Positions 10,801-24,349 of a stretch of 64,000 nt of DNA are shown piece by piece (position 1 is the stretch's first letter; each line of letters begins with the position of its first letter). This DNA comes from the human T2T-CHM13v2.0 reference genome, Homo sapiens. The notes below the pieces were generated by a model. That model saw nothing but the letters and a program-made list of their open reading frames with translations, was not told the origin of the DNA and did not search any database. Where the stretch lies: assembly GCF_009914755.1 (NCBI RefSeq), contig NC_060933.1. One strand, given 5' to 3'. Both the position numbers and the translations under genes were made by a program.

Positions 10801-13692
10801 AAAAACCGCGCAGCGGAGAAGCGGGGCCTGGGTCCCCCACTGACGAAAGTGTCTTTCCGTCAGCCCTTGAGCTGGGTCCCGAGGACGCTGACATCCCTGG
10901 TTCGAGCCCACGCTGCGCCTCAGGCTGCTACGAGTACCCCAAGGAGGAAAGAAGGCCCAAAAGTTTCAGCTGAGGTTTGAGGCAGGAGAGATGAGGCACC
11001 TGTGGCAGAAAAAAAAAAAAAAAAAAAAAAAAAAAAACGCGCAGCGGAGAACTGGTGCCTGGGTCTCCCAGGGACGAAAGTGCCTTCCCATCAGCCACTG
11101 CGCTTGGCCCCATGGAACCTGGCCTCCATGGTTCGAGCCCAGGGTGCGCCTCGGGCCGCTAGGGGTACCCCAAAGTGTGCAGAAGGCCCATGAGGGGAAG
11201 GTGAGGCACCTGGGGCAGAGAAAAAAAACAACAAAAAACCTCGCCGCGGAGAAGCGGGGACTGGGTCCCCCCAACGGACGAAAGTGTCTTCCCATCAGCC
11301 CTTGCGCTGGGCCACAGGGACCCTGGCTTCCCTGGTTCGAGCCCACAGTGCACCTCGGGCCGCTAGGTGTACCCCAAGGCAGACAGAAGGCCCATGAGGG
11401 GAAGGTGAGGTTTGAGGGAGGAGCGGTGAGGCACCTGTGGCAGAAAAAAAAAACGCCCCACGGAGAAGCAGGGCATGGGTCCCCCACGGACGAAGGTGCC
11501 TTCCCATCAGGCCCTGCGCTGAGCCCCGTGGACCCTGGCGACCTTGGCTCAAACCCAGGGTGCGCCTCGGGCCGTTAGGGGTACCCCGAGGCGGGCAGAA
11601 AGCCCATGAGGGGAAGTTGAGGTTTGAGGGAGGAGAGGTGAGGCACCTGTGGCAGACAAAAAAAAAAAAAAAAAAAAAAAACCGCACCGCAGAGAAGCGG
11701 GGCCTGGGTCCGCCACGGACGAAAGTGTCTTCCCATCAGCCCTTGCGCTGCGCCCCGGGGACCCTGACGACCCTGATTCGAGCCGAGGGTGCGCCTCGGT
11801 CCACTAGGGGTACCCCAAAGCAGGCAGCTGGCTCATGAGGGGAAGGTGAGGTACCTGGGGCAGCCAAAAGAAAAAAAAAACTGCGCCGCGGAGAAGCGGT
11901 GCCTGGGTCCCCCACGGACGAAAGTGTCTTCCTATCAGCCCTTGCACTGGGCCCCGGGAACCCTGGCGTCCCTGGTTCGACCCCATGGTTCGCCTCGGGC
12001 CGCTAGGGGTACCCCAAGGTGGGCAGAAGGCCCATGAGGCGAAGGTGAGGTTTGAGGGAGGAGAGGTGAGGCACCTATGGCAGAAAAAATAAAAACGCGC
12101 CACGGAGAAGGGGGGCCTGGGTCCCCCACGGACGAAAGTGCTTTACCATTAGCCCCTGCGCTTGGCCCCGTGCACCCTGGCGACCCTGGTTCGAACCCAG
12201 TGTGCGCCTCGGGCCGCTAGCCGTACCCCAAAGTGGGCAGAAGCCCATGAGGGGAAGGTGAGGCACCTGGGGCGGAGAAAAAAGGAAAAAACCTCGCCAC
12301 GGAGAAGGGAGGCCTGGGTTCCCCACGAAAGAAAGTGCCTTCCCATCAGACCCGGTGCTAAGCCCCAGGGACCCTGGCATCCCTGGTTCGAGCCCAGGGT
12401 GCGCCTTGGGCCGCTGGGGGTACCCCAAGGCGGACAGAAAGCCCATGAGGGGAAGGTGAGGCACCTGTGGCAGAAAAAAAAAAAAACCGCGCCGCAGTGA
12501 AGCTGGGCCTGTGTCCCCCACTGACGAAAGTGCCTTCCCATCAGGCCTTGCGCTGGACCTCGCGGACACTGGGGACCCTGGTTCGAGCCCAGGGTGCGCC
12601 TTGGGCCCGCTAGGGGTACCCAGAAGCGGGCAGAAGGCCCATGAGGGGTAGGTGAGGCACCTGAGGCAGAGAAAAAAAAAACTGTGCCGCGGAGAAGCGG
12701 GGCCTGGGTACCCCACGGAAGAAAGTGTCTTCCCATCAGCCCCTGAGCTGGGCCCAGGGGACCCTGGCATCCCTGGTTCAAGACCAGGGTGCGCTTCGGG
12801 CCTCTTGGGGTACCCCATGGCGGGCAGAAAGCCTATGAGGGGAAGGTGAGGTTTGAGGGAGGAGAGGTATGGCACCTGTGGCATAAAAGAAAAAAAAAAC
12901 CGCGCCACAGAGAAGCAGGGCCTGGGTCCCCCAAGGACGAAAGTGCCGTCTCATCCGCCCTTGTGCTGGGCCCCGGGGACCCTGTCGTCCCTGGCTCGAA
13001 TCCAGGGTGCGCCTCTGGCCTGCTAGGGGTAACCCAAAGTGGGCAGAAGGCCCATGAGGGGAAAGTGAGTCACCTGGGGCAGAGAAAAAAAAAAACAAAA
13101 CACAGTGCTGCGGAGAAGCGGGGCCTGGGTCCCCCACGGGTGAAAGTGTCTTCCCATCAACCCTTGCGCTGGGCCCCGGGGACCCTGGCGACCCTTATTT
13201 GAGCCCAGCGTGTGCCTGGGGCCACTAGGGGTACCCCAAAGCGGGCAGAAGACCCATGAGGGGAAGGTGACCCACTTGGGGCAGAGGGAAAAAAAAACGC
13301 GCCACGGAGAAGCGGGGCCTGGGACCCCCACGGAAGAAAGTGTCTCCCCATCAGCCCTTGCGCTGTGCCCTGGGGACCCTGGCATCCCTGGTTCGAGCCC
13401 AGGGTGCGCCTCGGGCCGCCAGGGGTACCACAAGGTGGACAGAAGGCCCATGAGGGGAAGGTGAGGCACCTGGGGCAGAGAAAAAAAAAACTGCGCCTCC
13501 GAGAAGTGAGGACTGGGTCCCCCACGGACGAAAGTGTATTCCCATGAACCCTTGCGCTGAGCCCCAGGGACCCTGGCACCCCTGGTTCGAGTCCAGTGTG
13601 TTCCTAGGGCGGCTAGGGGTACCGCAAGTCGGACAGAAGGCCCATGAGGGGAAGTGAGGTTTCAGGAAGTAGAGGTGAGGCACCTGTGGCAG
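7815..13692 (+). repeat. Gamma-satellite (GSATII-like) tandem array: 26 full monomers plus 1 truncated, ~195-220 bp each
   Basis: Monomer GAGGCACCTGGGGCAGAG-(A)n-CCGCGCCGCGGAGAAGCGGGGCCTGGGTCCCCCACGGACGAAAGTGTCTTCCCATCAGCCC...CTAGGGGTACCCCAA..CAGAAGGCCCATGAGGGGAAGGT is repeated throughout. GC- and CpG-rich with a variable A-tract. The array is certain; the family name is recalled. Confidence 0.85.
8821..9307 (+). repeat. TAR1 subtelomeric repeat fragment (telomere-ward orientation) inserted in the gamma satellite
   Basis: One 29-mer-type unit GCCTCTCTGCGCCTGCGCCGGCGC, five ~46-bp GGCGGAGCTGCGTTCTCCTCAGCACAGACCCGG units, then the telomere-adjacent segment ...GGTTCAGTGTGGAAAACGGGAAACCAAAAGCCCCTCTGAATCC...CCTCGGAAGACAA. 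No TTAGGG follows. Confidence 0.9.
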
Positions 13693-16600
13693 GTGTCCAT
13701 CTGTAAACTGTTTATCCATGTGAGCCCTGATGTCCACCAGGGGCTGGATGTCCCCCTGGGGCTAGATGTTCGCCTGGAGCCTGGTGCCCACCTGGGGCCT
13801 GATATCCACGAGAGGCTTAGTTATCCACCTATGGCCATCTGGAGCCAGAGGCCCACCTGAGGTCTGGTGTACACCTAAGGCCTGATCTCTACCTGGGGCT
13901 TGGGTGTTCATGTGGGGCCTGATGTCCACCTAAGACCATGTGTTCACCTGGAGCCTGGGTGACCATCTGGGTTATGATGTTCAGCTGGGGCCCAGAGTTC
14001 AGCTGGGGACTGGGTCAACCTTCTGCCTGATGCACACCTGGGGACTAGGTACCCACCTGGGCTCCAGTGTTCACTGGGGCCTGCTATCTACCTGGGGCCT
14101 TGTATTTACCTAGGACCAGTGCATCCATCTGGGGTCTGAGTGCCCTCATGGAGCCTGGAGTTTTCCTGGGGACTGGGGTCTGCCTTAGGCTTAAGTGTAC
14201 ATCTGTGGCCTCGTGTCCACCTTGGGACAGATGTCCACCTGGGGACGGATATTCAGTCGGGGCCTGAGTGTCCACCTGGTTTGTGATGTCTACCTGGGGC
14301 CTGGTGTTCATCTGAGGTGTGATACCCACCTGGGGCCTGGACATTTGCCTGGAACCTGATGTACAGCTGGTGCCTGAAGTTCATCTATGCCTGGTGTCTC
14401 CCTGGGGCCAGGTAGTCAACACAGGGCCTGAAGACCTTCTAGAGTTCAGTGTTCACCTGGGGTCCGAAGTCCACCTAGGGCTTGGGTGTCCAAATAGGGC
14501 CTGGTGTCAGCTTGAGATTTGTGTATTTACCTAGGGCCTGGTTGTCCACTTGGGGCTTGATTTTTTACTTGGTTTTTGTGTTAATCTGGGGTCTAGTGTC
14601 CACCTGGGGCCTGGGTATCCACCTAGGGACTATTGTCCAGCTGGAGACTAATGACTACCTATGGCCTGGTAATCACCTAAGGCTTTGTTTCACTTAGGTA
14701 CTTGGTGCCAAACTGTTGCCTGCTGTTCACCTGGGGTATGGTGTCCACCTGGGGTCTGGATGTCAGCCTGGGGCTTGTTGTATACCTGTATCTTAGATAT
14801 CCAGATAAGGGTCTGTTTTCTGCTTAGGTGCAGCAGTCCATCTGGTGCTTGAGTGTCAACCTAAGGCCTGATGTCTATGTTGGACCTAGGGTTCACCTGA
14901 GGCCTGATATCCACCTGGGGCCTCAATGTCTAAATGGGGCCTGATGCCCATCTGGGCCCTGGGTGTCCACCTGCAGCATGGATGTCCACTGATACTTTAT
15001 GTCCACCAGGGGCCTAATGTCCACCTAAAACCTGGAGTTCACCTGGGGTCTGATGTTCAGCTGAAGACCGGATGTCCACCTGGAGCCGAGGAATCCACCC
15101 AGGGACTGGTGTTGAACTGGGGCCTGATGACCACCCGGGGACAAGGTACACACCAGGCTTGATGTCCACCTGTCACCAGATGTCCACCTGAGTCCTGATG
15201 TCCATCTTGATCCTGAGTGTCCACATTGGGCCTGATGTCCAGCTGGGGCCTAGGTACCCACTGGGGGCTTCCTGTTAACCTGGGGACTGGTGTCATTCTG
15301 GGGCCTAATGACCACCTGGGTTGTATTATTCACCTAGGGCCTGGTGTCCACTTGGGGCTTGAGTGTAACCTTGGACCTGGCACCCACATAGGATTGGGTA
15401 TCAGACTGGCCCCTTGGTGTCCAGTTAAGGCATCATGTGAACCTGGCTCCTGAGTGTCCACTTGGGGCCAAATGACTACTGGGGGCCTGAATGTCAACCT
15501 AGAATCTGAGGTTTACTAGGGGCCTAGGTATCCACCTGGGGCCTAATGTCCACCCGAGCCTGGGTGTCAACCTGGGGCCTGATGTAAACCTCTAGTTCAG
15601 TATCCACCTGGGGCCAGATGTCTTCCTAGAGACTTATATTCACTTTTGACCTGATGTCCACCTGGGGACTTGCTATCCATCCATGGTCTGATATTCACCT
15701 GGAGACAGATGTTCAACTGTGGCCAGAAGTGCTCCTGGGGTCTGGGCTTCCACCTGGAGCCTGATGTTTAGCTGGGGCTAGAGTTCACATGGAGAATGAT
15801 GTCCACCTGAAGTTTGATGTTTACCTGGGGCCTGATACCTACCTGGTGCCCAAGTATTCTCATGTGCCTAACGTCCACTAGTTGGCCTGGTGTTCATCTG
15901 AGGGCTTGGTGTCAACCAGTGGCTTTATGTACACCTGGATTCTAGTGTCCTCCTGGGGTCTTATGCCTACCAGGAGTCTGGTGTACCTCTGGGGTCTAGT
16001 ATCCACCTGGAGTCTGGGCGTCCACCTGGAGCCTAATGTTGAGGTTAGACTGAGTGTCAGCCTGAGGCCTGATGTCTACTAGGGCATAGGTATTCACCTG
16101 GGGCTTGTTGTTTACCTGGGGACTAATGTCAACCTTGAGCCTAGGTATCCACCTGGGGAATAGTGTCCAGTTGCAGCCAGATGTCCACCTATGGCCTGAA
16201 GCATGGTTGTTATCCTAAGGCCTTGTATTAGTCCATTTTCACAGTTATAAAAAACTACCTGATATTGGGCAACTTATGAGGAAAAGAGGTTTAACTGACC
16301 CACAGTTCTTCAGGCTTAATAGGGAGCATGACTGGGCGGGCTCAGGACACTTACAATCATGATGTAAAGCCAAGAGGAAGCAAGCCCTTTTTACCATGTG
16401 GGAGGAGGAGGGAGACAGAATGGGGATGTGCTACACACTTTCAAATAACCAGGTCTCGTAAGAACTCTATCACGAGAACACCAAGTGGGAAGTCTGCCCC
16501 CATGATTCAATCACCATTCACCAGGCCCATTCTTCAACCCGTGGGGATTACAATTCAACATGAGATTTGGGTGGAGACATAGAGCCAATATCAGGCCTGA

Positions 16601-19600
16601 TGCCCGCCTGGAGTCATGTCTACCTGAGGCCTTATGTAGACATGAGGCCTGGGCATTCACCTAGGACCTCATGTTAAGATAGGGGCTGGAGTTCTTTTGG
16701 TGCCTAGTGTATACCTGGGGCCCAGATGTATAACTAGAGCCTGATGTTTCAGATGGAAACCTGGGCCCCAGGTGCTCATCAGATCCCAGGTGAAAACTCA
16801 GGCTTCAGGTGCACATCAGACTCCAAGTGGACACATAGGCCCTAGGTTGATACCAAGATTTCAGGTAGACTCTGGGTCCCAGAAAAACACCCTGCCCTAG
16901 GTGGACAGCTGAACCTGAGTAGACATCAGGCCCCAGATTGACATCTGGCCTCAGGTAGATTCCTTGGCCCAAGGTGAATACTCAGTCTCCAGCCCTAGGG
17001 GAATTCAGTCTTAGGTGATTAAGGACTGGCGTTCCTCTGGGGCCTCATGTCTACCTGGGCCCTGGGAGTGCACATGGAGCCAGATGTCTATAAAGGGCCT
17101 GAGTGTCCACTAGGGCCTGAGGTTCACCAGGAGCATAGACATCCACCTAGGACCTCATGTCCACCTAAAACCTGGTGTTCACCTGGGGCCTGGGTGACAA
17201 CCTGGGATCTGATGTTCACCTGAGGCCCAGAGTTCAGCTGGTGCCTATGTCAGCCTGGCACCTGATGCACACAAGAGGACTAGGTGCCCACCTGAGGACT
17301 GGTGTTCATGGGGAACTGGTGTTCAGCTGTGGCTTGATGAGCAACTGGGTCCTGGTGTCCTCCTGGCAACTGATGTCCACCTGGGACTGCATGCTTACCT
17401 AGGGCCTGGTGTTCCCCTGGGGCCTGGTGTGCCCCTGAGATCTGGGTCCACCTGGGCCTAGTATCCACTTGGGGCCTCATATCCATCTGGAACATCATGT
17501 CCACTTGGGGCCTTGTAGTTACCTAGGGACTGGGTGTCCTTCTGGCACTTGAGTGTCCTCCTGGGGCCTGGGGTTCTCCTGGGGCCTGGGTGTACATCTC
17601 TGGCCTGATGTCCACCTTGGGTGGATGTCCACCTGGGGACAGATGTTCGCTTGTGGCTTGAGTGTCCATCTCGTGTCTAATGTCTACCTGGGGCCTGGTG
17701 TTTGCCTGAGGCCTTATATCCACCTGGGGCCTGGGCATCCATTTGAGGCCTGATGTCTACCTAAGACCCGGTGTTTAACTGGGGCACAGATTTCTTCCTG
17801 GAGCCCGACGTTCATCTGGAGCCTGAAGTTCACCTGTGCCTGTTGTCTACCTGAGGCCTATGTGTCAACCTAGGGCCTGATGACCACCCTGAGTTCAGTG
17901 TTCACCTGGGGCCTGACATCTGCCTGGAGTCTGGGTGTCCACATAGGGCCTGATGTTGGCTTGGGACCAAAGTATTTACCTAGGGCCTGGGTGTCTACTT
18001 ACAGCCTGACTTCTACATGGTTCATTGTGTCAACCTGGGGCCTGATGTCCACTTAGGGCCTAGGTAAGCTCCTTATGACTAAAGTCCACATGGGGGCTGA
18101 AACCATCTCAGACCTTGAACCTAGGGCTTAGTGTCGACCTGAGACCTGGTGACCCCCTGGGGTCAAGGTATCCACCTTGGGCCTGATGACCAACTGGGGT
18201 TTAAGGATCTACCTAGAGACTGGTGTCAACCTGGAACCTGATGTCCACTTGGGGTCTGGTGTACACCTTGGGCCTGATGCCCACCTTGGCACAGGTGTAC
18301 ACTTTGGGCCTAGTGTGCACCTGAAGCCTGGCTGTCAACCTGGGTCTTGATGCACACCTTTAGTCAAGTGTTAAACTGGGGCCTGATGAAATACTGGAGC
18401 CTGATTTACACCTGTGTACTGGGTCTCCACCTGGGGCCTGATGTCCACCTGCAGCCAGATATCCACCTGGCACCAGATGTCTTTGAGGAATCTGGGTGTC
18501 CACCTTGAAAATGATGTATTCCAAGAGACTAGGCATGCACATTGGGCCTGGGGTCCACCTGGGTCCTGATGTCTACCTGAGGCTGGTATTGAACTGGGGC
18601 CTGTGTGTTCACTTGGAGCCTGATGTTCATTTGGAACCTGGTGTTCACCTAGGACATGGGTATCCACCTGGATCCTGATTTTCAAGTGGGGAGTGGATAT
18701 AGACCTGGGAACTGATGGCCACCTATGCTATAAGTAACCCAACCACCTGGGGCCTGGTGTTCACCTGTGGCCTGATATCCACCTGGTACCTGTGTGTCAA
18801 TCTAGTGCCTGGTGTCCACTTGAGGACTAGGCAGACACCTGGGGCCTGGTGTTCATCTTGCACCCAGTGTCCACCTGGACCCTGTGTATCAACCTGTGGC
18901 CTAGGTGGCCACTTGGAGCTTTACGTGCACCTGGGGCCTGAGAGGTTCCTAGGATCTGATGACCACTGGGGCCCAGGTATCCACCTGGGATATCAGGCTT
19001 CAAGTGTACACCCAGGCTCCATGTGGACACCAGGCCAGGAGAACGCCAGCCCTTATCTGAACATCAGGTCCTAGATGGACTCCCAGGCTCCATGTGTACA
19101 TCAGGCCCCAGGTATACACGGGACTCCAGGTGGACACCAGCACTCAATTGGATACACACCCTGAAGGTGGATACCAGGCCCCACGTGAATTCCTACACTC
19201 CAGGTGAACATCAGGTCCCAAGTGGATACCTGGACCCCAGGTGGATACCAGTCTCTAAATTAATACCAGGCCTCAGATGGTCCTTAGGAGCCATGTGGGC
19301 ATTCGTCATCAGGAAGTTACCTAGGCCCAAAGTGGACATCAGGCCCCATGTTGACACAAGATCTAGTTGGAAGTCAGGCCCCAGGTGGACACCCAGGCCC
19401 TAGGTAAATACTTAGGTCCCAAGTTGACAGCAGGCCCTATGTGAACACTCAGAACTCAGGTGGACATCAGGCCTCAGGTGGACATCTGAGTTCATCTGGA
19501 ACCTCGTGTTACAGGCCCCATGTAAACACCAGGCCTTAGGTGGATACCCAATCTCTAGGTGGACATCAGAGCTCAGATTGACACAAAGACTCCAGTAGAC

Positions 19601-21651
19601 ATAATGTACCAATGAATATCCAGGCACCCGGTAAATACCCAGGCCCCAGATTGACACCACGGTCTATGTGGACACACAGGCCCCGGGTAGTAAACAGGCC
19701 CAAGGTGGACACTGGACTGGACATCAGGTCCTAGGTTGACAACCATGCTCCAAGTTGACACCAGGCCCCAAGCGAACATCTGGCCCCAGCTGGACACTAG
19801 TCCCCTGGTGAATACCTAGTCTCAAGGTTGACATCAGACCCTATGTGAACACTAGACCCCAGATAAACACTTATACCCTAAGTGGACATCAGGCCTCAGG
19901 TGGTTACCCAGTCCCAAGGTGAACATCAGGACCCCGATGGCACCAGTTATCAAGTGGATTCCTAGGCCCCAGGTGAATATCAAGCCCTAGGTGGATACCG
20001 AGCCCCAGGTGGATACCTGGATCCTGGTAGACATCAGGTCCCAAGAGGACACTAGAACCCAGGAGTACATTAGGCCACAGGTTAACACGAAGGCCCCAGA
20101 TGAATACCAGGCCAACTTGTGGACATCAGGCCTGAGAAGGGTCCTGTGGACATCAGGCCTGAGAAGGGTCCAGGTGGATATCAGGCCCCAGGTGAACATC
20201 CAGCACTCAGATGAACATTAAGCTTCAGGTAGGCATCATGCCTCAGGTGAACTCCAGGCCCCAGCTGAACATCAGGCCCCAGGTGGATGCCCAGAATCCG
20301 GGTGCACATCTGGCCACAGTTGGACATTCAACCCCAGGTGACCATCAGGCCATGGGTGAATACACGGTTTCCAGGTAGACATCAGATCAAAGGGGAACAT
20401 CAGTCCCCCAGTGGACATCAGGCCCAAGGTGGACACTCAACTAGAGGTTTACATCAGGCCACATGTTGACACCTAGTCCCAGGTGGACATCAGGCCCCAG
20501 CTAGATACCTAGGCTTCCAGTGAATTTCAGACACCAGGTTGACATTCAGGCCCCCAGTGGTCATCTGGCCTCATGCGAACACTCAGACCCCAGGTGCAAA
20601 TGATATCTCAACTGGATACCAAACCCCTTGTTTGATAACCAAGGCCCAGGTGGACACCATGTCCAAGGCTGACACTCAAGCCCTAAGTGAATACCAAACT
20701 CTAGGTGAATAATTCAACCCAGGTGGTCTTTAGGACTCAGCTGGATACCAGTCCCCAGGTTAACACAAGGCCCCCAGTGGGCACCTAGGCACCAGCTGGA
20801 CATCAGGCCCTATGTAAATACCCGGGTCTCAGGTGAACACCATGCCCCAGGTGGACATCAGGCACTAGGTGAACACGGGGCCACAGGTGGACATCTAGCC
20901 CCTGGGCAACATCCAGCCCCAGGCGGACATAACCATTTCCATGGATAAACCATTCCCAGGTGGATATCAGGCCTCAAGAGGATGGCAGTCACCAGGTAGA
21001 CATCAGGCCTCAGATAGACACCAAGGTCCCAGATGTACAGCAGGCCCCAACTGAACCCCAGACTCATGTGGACATCAGGCCACAGGTAGACACCAAGCCT
21101 TAGGTAGATACCTAACTTCAGGTAGTCATCAGACCCAAGGTGGACACCCAGTCCCCAGGTGGACAGTCAGGCCCCAGGCACACATCAGGCCTTAAGTGGA
21201 CACCCAGGCCCCAGGTTGATATCCAGTTCCCAGGCGATCACCAAGCCCCAGGTAGACACCAGGCCGTAGGTGAGCAACAGGATGCAGTAGGTCATCAGGC
21301 CACAGCTGGATACCAGTCCCCGGTGATCACAAGGCCCCAGTGGGACATAGATCTAAGGCAGACATCAGGCCCCAGGTGGACATACAGATCTGAGGTGGAA
21401 TTCACCCTGAGGGGGACATTCGGCCCCAGGTACGCATCAGGCCTCAGCTGAATAACCAGTCCCCAGGTGGACATTAACCCACAGGTCAACCACAGTCCCC
21501 AGGTTGATATCTGGTCCCCAGGTGGCTACTCAATCTGCAGGGTAACATTAGGCCCCTGTAGGATCCCAGGCCCCAAGTGGATTCCTAGGCCCCTGGTGAA
21601 CATCAGGTGCAGGTGTCCAAGTAGGCCCTGGGTGGACATAACTGTGTACAG
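13693..21651. repeat. Diverged 18/19-bp satellite (HSAT5-like), unit GGGGCCTG(A/GG)TGTCCACCT, in mixed orientation
   Basis: Several hundred degenerate units. Orientation is forward at 13693-~16750 and ~17020-~18990, and reverse (AGGTGGACATCAGGCCCC) at ~16750-17020 and ~18990-21651. Confidence 0.85.
16224..16593 (-). mobile_element. Solo MaLR LTR (THE1D/MSTA-like) inside the satellite
   Basis: TGTATTAGTCCATTTTCAC...ATGAGATTTGGGTGGAGACA..ATATCA termini, flanked by GGCCT (16219-16223 and 16594-16598), consistent with a 5-bp TSD. Confidence 0.9.
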
Positions 21652-21808
21652 GTAAGGAGTTGACCTGTGGGGAGGATGAGCAGTCAGCAGCCCACTGGGG
21701 TCCTGAGTAGGTCTTCTGGAAGGAGGAGGCTGAGGGGATGGAACCTTAAAGAAGCAACCTCACTTCCTTGGCAACAGACCCTAACAGAACTTAGAATTCT
21801 GGTAACCA

Positions 21809-23668
<1,860 letters not shown>

Positions 23669-23994
23669 GTTTGACTTTTTGAAACTTCTATGACTTCTTT
23701 CACTCCCTAATATTGTAGATGGTGGTTTTGAGGTGACGTTGAAAACCTCTGATAGTTGTGTGTTTTGTTGTGGTTCTTTGGGTGACTAAATTACCATCTG
23801 ATCAAGTGATATTGAAAACCCTTCAGGTATGGCTTTTAGAAGACTTTGACCTATTTTTGCTTGTGTTGACTCTCCCTCCAGCTTTGTGGAAAGAGGGATC
23901 ATGTAGGTTCATTTCTCAGGCAGATCAGTCACCTTTTGCCATCAAAGTTTTAGCATCCATTTCGAAAATTTGGTGTACAAGTTGATATTTTGGT

Positions 23995-24349
23995 GTTTTT
24001 AGCTAATCTGGGGTCAAAACAGAATGCCATAGATGAGGAAGCTTATAAACAAATTTGTTTCTCTCAGTTCTGGAGATGGCAAAATTCAAGGTCAAGTGGT
24101 TAGCAGATTCTGTGTCTGGTGTGGGCTTGCTTTGTGGTTCATAGCCATGTTTCTACCATGTCCTCACATGACAGAAGAGATGAGGGAGCTCTCTATGGTG
24201 CCTTCAATAGGGGCTACTAATCCCACTCTTGTGGTCCCTGCCTTCATGATCTAATCATTCCCCAAGGCCCTACCTCCAAATATCATCACATAGGGAATTA
24301 GATTTCAACACTTGAATTTGAGAGGGACAATAACATTTGGTCTATAGCA
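23995..24349 (-). mobile_element. MaLR LTR (MLT1A/MSTD-like)
   Basis: CTCAGTTCTGGAG..CAAGGTCAAG..GCAGATTCTGTGTCTGGTG..TCCTCACATG..CCTCCAAATATCATCACA..GATTTCAACA..TCTATAGCA. Confidence 0.75.

Noticed and set aside
7815-13692. Hammerhead-ribozyme / retrozyme look of the gamma monomer (GTCC-CCCAC-GGAC-GAAA hairpin followed by GTGTC, in ~200-bp tandem units)
   Set aside because: Stem II plus GAAA is present, but the obligatory CUGANGA core is not (CCUGG precedes the stem) and stem I does not close. The CTGATG motif lies on the opposite strand. An Infernal search with hammerhead models or a cleavage assay would settle it.
7815-21651. CRISPR-like array, and dozens of long ORFs (poly-Lys/Phe, HLGP/STWG motifs)
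   Set aside because: Eukaryotic tandem satellites with no unique spacers and no cas genes. The ORFs are by-products of GC-rich repeats and are open in many frames at once.
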